NCBI GenBank assembly: GCA_965287045.1
Contig: OZ336887.1
Span: forward strand, 21,266,001-21,330,000
From: Carcharhinus amblyrhynchos
Taxonomy: Eukaryota
Reading direction: 5' to 3'
Length of the DNA: 64,000 nucleotides
The notes beneath the pieces were generated by a model. That model made no database searches, was not told the DNA's origin, and saw only the letters and a list, made by a program, of their open reading frames with translations. Below, piece by piece: positions 16,545-28,930 of this stretch. Numbering within the stretch: position 1 is the first letter of the stretch; each line of letters begins with the position of its first letter. The translations under genes and the position numbers were made by a program.

Positions 16545-16914
16545 ATGATGTTTCAAAGCAAGTCAACATTCCTTCCCATTTACATCCTCACTCTTAGCTT
16601 CAGATGACATTTCTTGTTTGTCATAGTCTCAGCTTCCAGTGCCATGGAATCTGTCTCGGTACTAGGGCATAAAAGAACTGTCAATTGTTAATGACAAAAA
16701 AACATACATCAATGGCTGTATCACTCAGTAATTCTGGAACCCCTAGAAGGTACTGGGAATCACATTAAACATTAAACTTGACAAATTAGTTTCTGTTAAC
16801 CAAACAGATAAGAGAATGGGATTTTTTGGATTAATGCTGGAGGATAAAGATCTATTGAAGGACCTTATCCACATTTTTGTCAGTTGATCCTATCCCCTTC
16901 GTCTGAATAAGCTT

Positions 16915-17230
16915 TTCCATTGCTGAGAGTAGGTCTAGACCAGGGACCCGGGGTCAATTCTGGCTTTGGGTGACTCTCTGTGTGGACTTTGCACATTCTC
17001 CCTGTCTCTACATGGGTTTTCTCTGGGTGTTTCAGTTCCTTCCTAGTGTCCAAAGGTGTGCAGGTTAGTAAATTGCTCTTTAGTGTCCCAAGATGTGCCG
17101 GTTAGATGGATTAGTCATGTGTGGTAAATGTGTAGGGTTGCGGGAGAGGGCTGGGCAAGATGCTTTGTCAGAGAGTTGGTGCAGACTTGATGGGCTGAAT
17201 GGCTTCCTTCTACCATTTATAGATTCAGTG
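16915..17230 (+). mobile_element. HE1-like SINE
   Basis: cagggacccggggtcaattc B-box-like head, shared core, tail gatgggctgaatggc. Confidence 0.8.
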
Positions 17231-17482
17231 ATATTAGAACTCTCTTTATATGACAAAATCAATTCCACAAATCACAAACCTCTGAACCAGATAACTGTGG
17301 GACATGTGATGGTTACAGCAACTGCTACAATACCTTCAGCTAGAATTGAGAAAGTATTGAGCAATGTGGAGCCGTTTCTTGGTATTCCTGTTACCAAACA
17401 AATGTAGCATTTTGGACTATGTGATGCAGAGTGAATCATAATTTTTTTGCTAACCCACGCATTAATATTTTGTGAATTACAG

Positions 17483-17554
17483 AAGGCATACAACGATACG
17501 CAGGCCTCTGTGAACCTGCAGAACCTAAAGGTGGTTTCCCCGCTCGCCTGGTGA
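17483..17554 (+). CDS. GRID2IP: Delphilin last coding exon (KAYNDTQASVNLQNLKVVSPLAW*)
   Basis: ttacag acceptor; C-terminal VSPLAW-stop as recalled for delphilin. Confidence 0.93.
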   Translation, partial: KAYNDTQASVNLQNLKVVSPLAW

Positions 17555-18464
17555 CATGAATGATGCTTCTCCATTTACAGCAGTTATGCCAAAAAGTGCA
17601 GTTTTGTTTGACTGACACATGAGTAAGGTGACAACCAGTCCCAGCTTCAGGATTTCTGTGTGATGACAGCGAGGGAAAGAGGAGTGGCTCATTGAAAAGG
17701 GCATCTCAGAGATCAACTTGAACCATTGACCGAATTGACACCTGTCTGTTGCCTGTCGCATGGCTGCCCTCCACTCCCATTTTGTTTCAATTACAATGGT
17801 CGCTAAATAAAGACAGATTCTATCAGCAATTATTGGAGGCTTGAACTCAAAACCAATTCTTCGACATGAACCTCTCAATATCAGTTTCTTCACTTTTAAA
17901 ACTTTAGTTCCATAGTTGAGAGTCAGGTGGAAGCAATATCCTTTCTTCCTCTATCCTCTCCTTCACATTTTATGCCACTGTTCACTCATCCAAAGCCTTT
18001 CATACTGCTCCCCATCCTGCACTGGAGAGCTCCTATGGCCCTTTTGATGTTTTCCTGCCCTACAATGCCTCATTTTTGATTTTTATTTACTCTTTTTGGT
18101 TGGCAGCAATTCTTAGCTCCCAGCAACAACTTGTATCTATATAGCATCTTAAACATAATAAAACGTTCCAAGGCACTTCTCAGGAGGTTTATAAGAGAAA
18201 ACATTAACACTAAACCACATTAGGAGATACAAGTCAGATAGGCAGAAACAATCAAAGAGATAGGTGTTAAGGAGTGTTTTAAAGGAGGGAAGCAAGGTGG
18301 AGAGGTGTAGGAGGGGCATTGCAGTTTGAAATGAGTAGATATTAATCAGTACACCCAACTGGGCAATTAGATAGGGATCGGTACTCAAACCTGGACTTGC
18401 AAATATAGGAATTGATAGACAGAAAATAAACAAGGTTCATCTAGTTCACTTTCTACTATCCCAG

Positions 18465-18800
18465 TAGTGGCACATTGATTTGCACTGCTGCCTCACAGTT
18501 GCAGGGACCCAGAGTCAATTCTGGCTTGGGTGATGGTGTGGAGTTTGTATGTTCACCCTATGTTTGCATGGGTTTCCTCTGGGTACTCCGGTTTCCTCCC
18601 ACAGTCCAAAGATGTGCAGGTTAGGTGGATTGGTCATGCTAAATCGATCCTTAATGTCCCAAGGTGTGTAGGTTACTTGGGATTAGCCATGGTAAATGTG
18701 TGGGATTAAAGGGATAGGGTGGTGGAAAGATACTGTGTCAGAGTCAGTGCCAACTTGAATGGCCTCTTGTGCACTTTAGGGATTTTATAATTCTATGATT
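18465..18800 (+). mobile_element. HE1-like SINE
   Basis: tRNA-like head, core and tail matching the copy at 51039. Confidence 0.8.
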
Positions 18801-20701
18801 GATTGATTCTTGAATCACTCAATTTAAGACCAAAATCACCATGGATTTGACTGATGGGAGAGGGCATTTCTCAATGTGAGACTGAGACAAACATCAGATT
18901 ATCCCTTGCGTGTCCGATATGCTGAGTTGAGGTCGCTGAAGTGCTGTTAACAATCATTGACACTGACATGACTGGATTGGGGAGGGAACTAAACACTCAG
19001 ATTTTCTACCACTAGTCACAACTGAGTGACTTTTGTTGGAAACTGTGGGCAGACAGATCTTGCTTGAGGACAGGTTGGCTGAACTCTCCTGCCAACCTTC
19101 ACTATTCACATTAACATGCAAGAATATTGGCCAATTGAAGAAGGTACTTGGAGATGGCTGAAACCAGCAAAATCATTTCCCAGAGACAGTGGCTTCAGGA
19201 GAGGAAGGAAAAAATGAAATCCCTGAGAGATTCAGGAACCTTTTAGCAAAAGACATCCAGATACCTACGTTACTGGCATCCTCAAAAACAGAAGAGTTTA
19301 TTCCCACCACCAAGCACTCTGAAAATTTCTGTTCGTATTTTTAAAAGTAAAAAAATCCCTCCTTTTCCCTTTGGTTCTGATATTCAGATTATAATTTTTT
19401 TTGCTGAATGTTCATTATGTACAGAGCATATTTCTGAAGCTATGGTTCTAACCCTTTCCCATCTATTCGTTGTTTGAAATAGGAAGTGTCCTTTTCTGAG
19501 AGTTTGCTTGCTCTATTTTGCATAAAAATGGCCCAGACCATTTTTATTGTGGTCTCAGCTCATTTAGTCAATCCCCGCTGGACTTTACAACCTGTGTTTT
19601 CTTCCTAAAATACTGCAAGAGCTTTTGCAGTGCCAGGTACTCTGTGTGTTATCTGCTTTGTGACCTAGAGAGAACTATGGAACTATTTTTAAGCATTATT
19701 TGTACCTTGATAGGTAACTTAAGAATAATGTCTGAAATTACTACTTATTCAAATAATGTTGATTTTTAAAAAATGTAAAATTGCTGAACCATCTTGTTGG
19801 ATATTGTGCTGAGTGAATCTAAATCCAGTCCTATTTACAGTTGGATTTTGTGAGGCTTTTTTGGCTGTGCTGCCTCTAATTGTGGTAGCAGACCTTCAGA
19901 GGTTGAGCAGTCCATGCGCAGAACATGTTTCATTTGAGCCCAGTAACTGTGTTTAAGAACTCATTTCTGTTTTGTTTGCATCAGTATGTTTTCTAAAGAG
20001 ATAAAATACCAGTTGATTTAAACTCAGTGAGAGCTCTGATCTAGACTGTAGCTAATGATGTCGAGCCAGCAAAAAGGAAGTGTTCCAATCAGGTTGATGC
20101 CAGGTACTTCCAGGAAGAACTGTCTCCCCTACATTGTACAGCTCAGTTTCACCACTCTTAAAGGGACAGCCACCTGGATGAAGACTGAATAATGAACCAC
20201 TTCGTCGCCTGACACTACAGTCTTAGAATGTTGCAACGATTTTAAGTGAATCTAATGGAAGGTTTTAGGACAGGACCCCCAGGGACTTTTATCCTTACAT
20301 ATTCATTGAAATGACACTTGGTTACCTTTATCAAACCTCTTTATCTCTATCTATTCTCTTTTTCATCTGAATATGTTAACTATTCTAGGGATATTGTTCC
20401 AAAGGCATCAGCTGCTATTCAATACTTTGTCCCAGTGGCCATTATTCACAATTCACATATTAATCTGTACAATGAACATTGGCAGGCACCTCAGTTGTGG
20501 GGCATCCCCTCCTGTCCAAACTTGCATGTCCACACACTTGCATTTCACAGCATGAACTGCTGGATGGTGAGAATGTGCAGGCACTGTGCCTGATTCTCCC
20601 ATCTGATTGGACCGGCATCCCTGGGCTATGTACTGTCTGCCCCGCATCTCTATCCAGCAAAGATCAACTCACCACGAGCTAGAGACAGAACCTAAGACAT
20701 T

Positions 20702-22282
20702 GAGCCTGATTTTACTATTTTCATTCCAAGTGCCGATTCTGGACGTAGTACATATCCGACTTGGAAACCCACTTTCAGGTGCCCCCATATACCCTCAGCC
20801 ATCTCCAGTCCGATTAGGGCTATGGGCGGGGCTTAGCGCTGCCGGAATGATGAGAGCTCTGAACTGCACATGCGCAGTTAGAAAAAGAATTGGAAAAAGT
20901 GCGCTCGTGTCAGATCGCCCCCAAGCTGCAGAAAGCAGAGAAAGTGGCCTGGGAGCGAAAAGTGGGGGCAAGGGTGTATCTCGAGGTGGGGGATGGGTAA
21001 GATGTATCTCGGGGGGGGGGGGGTGCAAATGAATCTCTGGTGGGGGGCCAGGGGGGTCCGTTGCCACTCTGTTGGCGATTGGTGAAGGGAAGGGGGGCAG
21101 GGGTGGCAATCGGTCTGGGTAGTTGGGGGGGTTGGATAAGGGGGACACACATACACACATATCACTGCCCCCCTTATCCACTCTCCCACTACCCAGACCG
21201 ATTGCCATCCCTGCCCCCATTCTCCCCCACCGATCGCCCGCAGAGTGGCAGTGGACCCTCCTACTCTCCCGGCAGAGATCCATCTGCCCCCCCCCACTAG
21301 AGATCCATCTGACCTGCCCTCCCCCCACCCCCCACCCCAGACAATGATCTGGCCTCACTCTCCCTGCCCCCCAACAACAAACTGGCCTCACCTCCCGCCC
21401 CCCCCTCCCTCCCCGAGGGTGGTCTGGCCTCACTCCCCCCCCCCCCCCCCCAGAAGAACATCTGACCTGCCTCCTCCCCCCTCCACCACCAGACAGTGAT
21501 CAGCCCTCCCCCCCCACCACCAGACAGTGATCAGCCCTCCCCCCCACCACCAGACAATGATCAGCCCTCCCCCCCCACCACCAGACAATGATCAGCCCTC
21601 CCCCCCACCACCAGACAATGACCAGCCCTCCCCCCCCACCACCAGACAATGATCAGCCCTCCCCCCCCACCACCAGACAATGATCAGCCCTCCCCCCCCC
21701 ACCACCAGACAATGATCAGCCCTCCCCCCCCCACCACCAGACAATGATCAGCCCTCCCCCCCCACCACCAGACAATGATCAGCCCTCCCCCCCCCACCAC
21801 CAGACAATGATCAGCCCTCCCCCCCCCACCACCAGACAATGATCAGCCCTCCCCCCCCACCACCAGACAATGATCAGCCCTCCCCACCCGCCAATGATCA
21901 ACCCTCCCATCTGCCAGAGATACATCTGACCCACCTCCTCCTTCTCCCCCCCCCCCCAACCAGACAATGGCCTGACCTCACTCCCCTCCTCTCCCTTCCA
22001 ACCAGAGAATGATTTGACCCGCCTCCACCCCACCCCCACCACTGATCCGAGTCAGAGAGCCGTGCTGTGCTCTGCAGAGGCTGGAGCGCCTGACTCAGAG
22101 TACATTCAACAAGTCCCTAAAAGCGCGGTTTCAGATTGGTGAAGGGGAAAATGTTGATAAAGTTGGGCAGGCAGTTCATTAATTCAATTTAAATGCATGC
22201 AAATGTGATAAAGGACTTGCACCTGACTTTACCACGATTTCGCACCCAAAAACGGATGCAAATTGTTGGTAAAATCGGGCTT
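20702..22282. mobile_element. Non-autonomous PIF/Harbinger-like transposon carrying an internal minisatellite
   Basis: TIR gagcctgattttac / gtaaaatcgggctt; ATT on both flanks (20699-20701 and 22283-22285). Confidence 0.75.
21483..21908. repeat. C-rich minisatellite, about 13 units plus one degenerate unit of CCACCACCAGACAATGATCAGCCCT(C)n, roughly 30-33 bp each
   Basis: Read directly; units differ mainly in C-run length. Confidence 0.95.
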
Positions 22283-22712
22283 ATTATGTATGGGATAGCA
22301 ATTGTTGCTTTTACTTGAGACACTTCTCTAGCTAGAGATGTAGTGCTTTCAAAAACTCTTATTATTTTATATATTCATTAAATATAATAAATACAAATAA
22401 CATTCCCAGGATCACCCAGTTGGAGGCAACCTCTGAACCAACTACACAATCAAATTACTTGTAGGACCGTATGAGGTGTTTTCGCACCTCTTCCCACACC
22501 CCCACCCCTGCCATCCCAATTGCTTTGAGATACATGTGGACAGATATTTTGTCTGCTGAGGTGGGAAGTAGGCCTCCAGTAAAGCTGACTCTTTCTTCAT
22601 TCTCTCTATAGTGACAAATAAATATCAGTATCTTGAATTGTGTCACATTATTTGTTACCATATACTGCATAGCCTTAAAATAAATATAGTCCAATCAGGC
22701 AACTGATTAGGG

Positions 22713-23158
22713 ATGTGGTGGCACCGTGGTATTCTTGCCGGACTAGTAATCTAGAGACCCAGGATAATGCTCTGCGAACCTGGGTCCTAATTCTACCATG
22801 ACATATGATGGAATTTAAATTTAATAAAACATGAGGAATTAAAAGTCTAATGATGACCATGAAACCATTGTCGTAAAAACCATCTAGTTCACTAATGTTC
22901 TTTCGGGGAGGAAACCTGCCATCCTTCTCTCATCTGGCTTACTTATGAGTCCAGGCCCACAGCAATGTGATTGATTTTTAAATGGCAAGCCACTCAGTTG
23001 AATGCAGCTGCTACAAAGAAAAGAAAAAGGAATGAAATTGGACAGCAGCACTGTGGATGCACCTACATCACATGGACTGCAGCGGTTCAAGAAGGCAAGT
23101 CACTACCATCTTCTCAAGGGCAACTAGAGATGGGCAATATCCACTTCACATGAATGAA
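22713..23158 (+). mobile_element. tRNA-headed non-autonomous retroelement made of the head and tail of the LINE family at 37284-42632
   Basis: A-box-like tggcaccgtgg; body similar to 37284-37580; last about 115 nt similar to 42497-42632. Confidence 0.75.
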
Positions 23159-23441
23159 TTTTTTAAAATGTAGAAACTAAGGAATATGGCAATAATGTGA
23201 AGATGATGAATTAACTTTGAACTCTACAGACTAATGATGAGTGACATTTGGAACTGAGATGCTCAGCGGGTGATTCTCTGGCACCCAACCAGGTGTCAGA
23301 TGGTGCATTTGCATAGTGAATATTATTTATTCCCCTTATTTATAAAACTGCTGCAGCTGGAGGTTGGGTTAATGCTTACTATGCTGTGCAGAATGATATT
23401 TTTCATTTTGTATTGTACACATATCAGTATTTAAAGCTGGC

Positions 23442-23447
23442 AATAAA
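23442..23447 (+). terminator. Candidate poly(A) signal for a long delphilin 3' UTR
   Basis: AATAAA with TGTA motifs just upstream and T-rich sequence downstream; other AATAAA exist (e.g. 22386), so usage is unproven. Confidence 0.25.
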
Positions 23448-26400
23448 AATGTTAGTTAATCATAATTTGGAATTTTTTGTCTGTCTTGGAATTAATATGG
23501 AAATTCAATCACACTTCCAGCACTTCCAGTGCAGCAAATTGCACCACATTGGTACATAAGGAAAGGCGGGGTTGGATACTGAAGAGGTTGTGAGCAGATG
23601 GAAATTAGAGGAGGTTATTTCCGGCAGCCCCTCCTATGCTATTCAATAACCTTAACAAATGCATGGGAAGTAAAATTTAATCATGCCCAAAGGCATGATC
23701 AGAGATGGGATGCAAGCCTGGAACAAGTGTGATCGAATAATACTGAAAGTATCTGTAAGTGAGAGTTGTAATTTTAAATTCAACAAAATAGTGAATGGAA
23801 GAGTCACTGAGACACTGTGCCAAATGATCATGGAGGCAAAGACAAAAATATACCCCTCCACTCATGCACCTACCCATTACTTCCTTTCTTCATTTTAAAA
23901 TTTTGAAGCAGAATGCTTCCCTTCACAAATTTTAAATTACAGATATCTATGTTTTATCCACATCTTTTGAAAAATGTTGAAATTTTACTTCCCATGGTTA
24001 TTGAGTAGCATTGTGGAAAGCAGTAGTGTCATTATTGACTCCCAGCATCCATCTGATCATGATGTTTATGGGATTCAGTTAGCAGAGTTTAATCATGTAT
24101 TTCTCTATCCTTCACTGCCTTAGCTATTTCAGCTGCCAGCTGGGAATCTCTGAATCATAAGTAGATAGATCATAGTGGTTGTGCCTTGCTAGGTTATTTC
24201 ATTAATTCACCAACTACAGTAATTTCTGCTTTGGTGGAATATTGATTGCTCCAATAATAATTCTGCCTCTACAACTCCCCACATATCGCCCCCCAACCAC
24301 CCCCAACCCTTCCCCCCCCCCAACCACCCAACCCTTTTCAGCAGCTTCATTTAAATCCTTCCCTTTAAATATCCCTTTATCTCACATTTTAACCCTCCAT
24401 TCGTCCTATTGTATCCATTTTTTGTCTTTTTAGTTGTGAGGTGCTTTTCAGATGGTTTCCTTTTTTACAGAGCTGTTTTGCAATGGTTGAAAGAAGGAGT
24501 CTGACCACCATTTCCCGAAGTGGAAATTCACAGCCTTGGCTGAACATGAGCAGCAACTGGAAGTGTCAAGCTTCCATTTCTTATCTTAGAGCAGCAGGCT
24601 GGCAATCATCCAATAAACAAAAGAAAATTTTAACCGTCTTTAGGTCAAGCAGAACTTAATCAGGACTGCATGAAGTAAAATAGTGGAAGATGCACAGAAA
24701 CACTGGTGAAAATTACACAAAGAAACAAGAAAACCTTCCTGATTTTCAACACTGATGTATATCACAGTTTTTGGGCCAGTCAGAATAAGGAAGATAAGGC
24801 AACCAGCACTATGAAAACAAAACTACTAAAAATGAACAAATTATCTAGTTACTTTTTACACTGCTGCTGTGGAATCTGACTGCCTTGATTTTTACACTGC
24901 AAAAGTGAATACACCTCAAACCTCCTTCACTGGCTATGGAACTGCACGTTCCTTTTCCTTCTCAATCATGCTCCAGGGCAGAGGGAAGGTAATCAGTTTC
25001 AAACAGCAGGACCAGTCTACTACTTGTCTGCATTAGAAGGGTTACCATGTTTTGCAATAAAGTAGTTAAGATAAAGTTAGTGTTCACTTTATATTTGGAT
25101 TTTAAAAAAATTTGAACTACAAACTCAGGTGCCAAAAGTTCAAATGAAATGCAATCCAATCAACTGAATGAAGAGCAGATACAGAAATAATAAGTCTTTT
25201 TTGAAAGTGCACAGAGGAATACCCGTCTTAAAGCTTGTTCAGAGAATGAAATTCCCTCACCATACAACTCTCAAATGAAATACATCAAATCACATAACCC
25301 TTCGAATGAAATGGGTTAACTGTCGGCCAAGAGCCTGACTGCTGATAGTGTTGAAACTTTAGAAACTAGGGGAAGAAACAAATAAAGGCAGAGGGCTAAC
25401 AAATTATCTGGTAAGATCAATGCTGAGAAGACCAAATCAGTAACCTTTCAAAGCACAATGGCTGCTGCACCTGCAGAATCATAGATGAATAATGAGACAG
25501 CACAGGTGGAAAAGGGAAAAATGTTTATTGTTATATTCAATGAAATGTTATATTCAGTTAAGACTGTCAACCTTCCAGGAAGTAAATAATAATCTCCTGG
25601 ATATCACTGTGAGCAACCCAGGAGAAATATTTTATTGACATGAAATATTTTTTCATTTTCTCTGAATACTTCTGTTAATTAGTTATGCAAGTATTGGAGA
25701 CCGATATAAAATGGGCAGGGTCACTGAAGGTGAGAAGATCATGTGATTAAACCTTCAGGAAAGTATCTAATTATTTAGAGTTGGCAATCCTATATGTCCC
25801 CATGTTGTGCTGCTTTACGTACACATGTACCACTTTAAGAGTATTCACTATGTGTGTAACTGTTGAGGTGATTCTCTCTACACCATGGTGTGTTAAGTAG
25901 ATATTTAGTTTCTTGACACCAAACTAGATGAAAGCCTCTTTTTTAGTTAAATTGTTTTGAGCCATGTTCAGTTATACAATGTCGAACAGTAAAGTTTCTG
26001 TAAGATTGAATTCCATTGCGAATCTGAACAGTCCAACAAATTGACTTGCAGTAACAACAATTCTAAACCACTCATTTGACAGTTAATAAGACAATTAACA
26101 GTTTAAAATCCCCAGAACTTCCATAACTGCATTTTGGTGCTTACTAGCTTAGCTTAAAGTGTGTGTGCACACTGTATCCATGGGCTCATGCTAGCACTCA
26201 GTCTTGCAATGGTAATCATGCTATCCTGAATAAGCAAAATCACCTCATGCTGGAGGGAGCTCTATGGGAGTCTTCCTTCATATGATCCTATATCTTGCAT
26301 CTTTCATTGATCATCCCTGTGTCTAGCTGGCCACAATGCAAAAAAAAGTCACCACAAAATTAATATTCCAAATCAAATTTATAAATCATGTCACATTCAC

Positions 26401-27685
26401 ACAAAATTCAACTAATCACTCTTGTACATTCCCTTGGTGTCCATCTCCAGTATGCCTTTTCTTGTCCTAGTGCTTCTGCATAGAGCTACCTGAGTGGCTG
26501 CAGAAATGGTAAGTTGAAGGGTGTTGACTTTCATTATAGGACAAGGGTTCCCAAACTGTGGACTGTGATCTTACATAGGATTGCAGAGGTCACATTGCAA
26601 ACTCCCCTGATTCCAAGCGACACTGGTGACTGAATAGCAAATGCGACAGTCTGGCAGGACAGATCTATACCAAAAAGATTGATGCAGCCAAACAGCATGG
26701 AGCTGACGATGAGACCAAAGTGCCCTTCAATGTCAGAAAACACTTTTAATGGTGAGTTTGAATGGACAGATATATGTGTGCTAATTTGGTGCAATTAGAA
26801 GCCTGCATGCATAACTCAACCAATGCCTGAGTTTGGACAAAAATCAGAAGGTCATGCAGCTGAACCAGGAAGGTGAGTGATAACTTCAAACTGTGCTGTG
26901 CTTATGTTCCTGTATGCCTGTTGTAAAGGCCCCCACAGGACAATGACTCTGCATCACTGGTACCAGCAAGTGGACTGGAAGGGTGAAAGGGGAGAGGGGC
27001 TGGTAACTAGCTGCTTGGGTAAAGGGAGTTTTGGAAAAGGGGCTGCTGAAAGAGTGAATTGTGGGATTTTAAAAAAGAAATTGGGGACTCCTTAAAAAAG
27101 GTGCCTCCGTCTTCTCAAAAACAAACTGCTGGCTGGGCAAGCTGTGTAAGACCCATCTCTTACCATTTCTTTTCTAAGAGGCTCACAATACGGTGGAGGA
27201 AGCTGTTCCTGGGGCCAGGTGCTTCCACCCTGTTTTTCCGACCTGCTGCACTATTCTGTTAAATAGTATGGAAAACTTCCAGCTGCTTTTCCTCACAGCA
27301 TACACAGACAGACTGACAGACAGCAGGTTTTAATACACTCCTATGTATATTTCAAGGAGATTGGGATACACTAGTCTCATTTAGGTAATCACACCCAGGA
27401 TCTTTGAGATAGAATGGCAATTATGTTCCTTTATCTTTACCATTGATGGCAATCAGTTTTTGGATGCAGCCTGCAGCCACTCCTGTCGGCAGCTAACTAC
27501 ACATTCTCGACCATCCTCGGACTTTTTTACTACTGCTACATATAACACTCAGGTCTTTTTAAAATCCAATATTTATGTGTATGATTCCACGATTTCTTCC
27601 CCATCATCATGACAAATGATTACACTTCAAAAGCAGTTCATTGACTGTAAATTATTTTGGGGTGTCTTAAGATCTTGAAAGATGA

Positions 27686-27813
27686 TGAGCGGGGTTTTCC
27701 AGCAATGCTTGCCTCAGTCCGGAAAATCCTGCCTGAGGTCAACGGACCTTTTCGTGGTCTGTGTCCTGCCCACTACAATTTCCGTGGTGGGCAGGATGGC
27801 AAAATTCTGCTCA
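27686..27813. mobile_element. About 128-bp MITE (Harbinger-like)
   Basis: TIR tgagcggggttttcc / ggcaaaattctgctca; homologous to 28063-28192. Confidence 0.75.
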
Positions 27814-28062
27814 ATCTGTGTTTGTAAGTCTTTTCTATTATAAATCACAGGTCGATCAACAAATTGATCTTTATCATCTGATATTGATTAATATTAAATT
27901 TGTACATTGAATTTCTATAATTGTTGTGTTAATCTAATCAGGATTGACATTGAGTAATAACTTGCCTTTCCCATTCCTGCTATTTGTAACTTTATCAATA
28001 GAAGGGTCACTTAGACTCAAAACATTAACGCTATTTCTCATCACAGATTCTGTCAGACATGC

Positions 28063-28192
28063 TGGGCAGGATTTTCCAGCTGCAATCACCATAAGGCTGG
28101 AAATTTCCACCTGAGGTCAATGGACCTTTGCGTGGTCCATTGCATCACCTGCTACAACTCTTGTAGCAGGCAGGACGGTAAAATTCTGCCCA
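28063..28192. mobile_element. About 130-bp MITE (Harbinger-like) inserted into an older repeat
   Basis: TIR tgggcaggatttt / aaaattctgccca; interrupts the gctgagttt motif seen intact near 850-859; imperfect 3-bp TSD gct/act. Confidence 0.8.
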
Positions 28193-28239
28193 CTGAGTTT
28201 ATCTGTTATTTCACTATATCTTATTTGCTGGGGAAAAAC

Positions 28240-28810
28240 TTGAATACTGCTGAAAAGAGAGACATGTTGCCAAAGCTTTTTATCATGCATTCATCAGGGC
28301 AATTCAAGAATGCCAAATTTCAAATGATCCCACGATAACATACTACTAGAGAAAAGGGGTGATGATTGATTGGCAAAGTAACTCTAATTGGCTGAGGCAT
28401 TGCCATGGAGAAAGGAACAGGGACCTATAGGCATCCCATGCTTCCAGGTATTTCAAAAAAGGCACAAGGTTTGTACATATTTCTATAGTTTGCAGAGATT
28501 AAGTCCCTATGTATGTATGTATGTTGCTTCTAGCAAGTTTAAATGAGTCATGTTATGAGTTTGACTGATTATCTTAAATGAGTTGTTCATGTAGATATTA
28601 GCACATTCAGAATTATTGAGTGAGTGCTGCCCAATTATGTAATACAGTAAAAAGTCTGACAGTTCTCCAGAACTCTCCATTCACCTGACAAAGGGGGTAA
28701 CCTCGAAAGCTTGTGAGTTTACTATCAAATAAATCGGTTGGACTTAAACCTGGTGTTGTCAGACTTTTTACTGTGTTTACCCCAGTCCAACACCGGCATA
28801 TCCACATCAT
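28240..28810 (-). mobile_element. Penelope-like repeat fragments
   Basis: A diverged inverted relative lies at 29790-29955; recalled elasmobranch repeat motif gatgtggatatgccggtgttggactggggt on the minus strand. Confidence 0.5.
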
Positions 28811-28930
28811 AATTGTGCAATCACATCAAACCATACACATTTTATTTTGGGTTATGCATACGTGCTCGTTGAATATGCTTTGTACTTTGCCTGTTATGAA
28901 TAGCTAGAGGGACATGTATGATTGGGACAA

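Noticed and set aside
17093-17407. ORF ending KVLSNVEPFLGIPVTKQM as a possible last delphilin exon
   Set aside because: It starts inside a SINE and lacks a good acceptor; 17483-17554 gives the conserved VSPLAW end.
20607-21499. Long Pro/Gly-rich ORFs on both strands (also 15936-16394)
   Set aside because: Low-complexity G/C runs inside transposons are depleted of stop codons; no domain is recognisable.
21483-21908. CRISPR-like array of about 30-bp repeats
   Set aside because: No unique spacers (only C runs), no cas genes, eukaryotic context; it is a minisatellite.
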